A program made the translations under genes and the position numbers. A stretch of DNA of 21,604 nucleotides. It comes from Octopus sinensis. Taxonomy: Eukaryota. Shown here one piece after another: positions 21,281 to 21,604 of this stretch. Position 1 is the stretch's first letter. The number at the start of each line of letters is the position of its first letter. Under the pieces are notes generated by a model that saw only the letters and a list, made by a program, of their open reading frames with translations, was not told the origin of the DNA and ran no database searches. The stretch lies in the NCBI RefSeq assembly GCF_006345805.1, contig NW_021836952.1:1-21604 (forward strand), in the 5' to 3' direction.

Positions 21281-21604
21281 AGGTTGAAAAGGAACACACG
21301 AGTTAATATATATATATGGAAAAAAAGTCAAGGTAGAAAATGCTAAAAGAATTTTATAACAAACATTTCAGTACGGTTTTCAGTCTTTTTTGGAAATTTT
21401 TTCAACTCTAAGTATGGAAAACATTTAAATTTTGGGAAAATTAAAAGAAATGTTTTTTTTTAAGAATATTTGCATAGTATTCAAATACAAGGGGCATTTT
21501 CCTTGTTTCTGCTTGTCTCTGTCTCCCTTGTTTACATTTTTGGGTTCGAGGGCGTTGTGAATTCTTGGCAGGGAAGAAGACGAAAGAAGACGAAAGAAGA
21601 AAGA

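Overview
Eukaryotic, AT-rich, repeat-saturated non-coding DNA (intergenic or intronic). From recall of its SINE sequences and microsatellite load it is most likely a coleoid cephalopod (Octopus-like); this is an inference. No protein-coding gene is supportable: nearly all ORFs in the track are translations of simple repeats or SINE pieces. Contents: (i) about 8 full or partial copies of a tRNA-derived SINE with a CORE-like segment and an internal microsatellite ('family B'); (ii) a second tRNA-derived SINE ('family A'), with 6 copies clustered at 13.4-15.4 kb and a TSD-flanked four-unit multimer at 18.5-19.3 kb; (iii) a near full-length 5S rRNA sequence on the minus strand with no terminator, running into a SINE/LINE-like 3' stem-loop and repeat tail (candidate 5S-headed SINE3-type element); (iv) one well-formed but core-mutated type I hammerhead ribozyme motif and two weaker ones, suggesting Penelope-like or retrozyme relics; (v) two inverted-repeat structures; (vi) long strand-biased simple-repeat blocks. 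Coordinates were counted by hand and may be off by a few bases.
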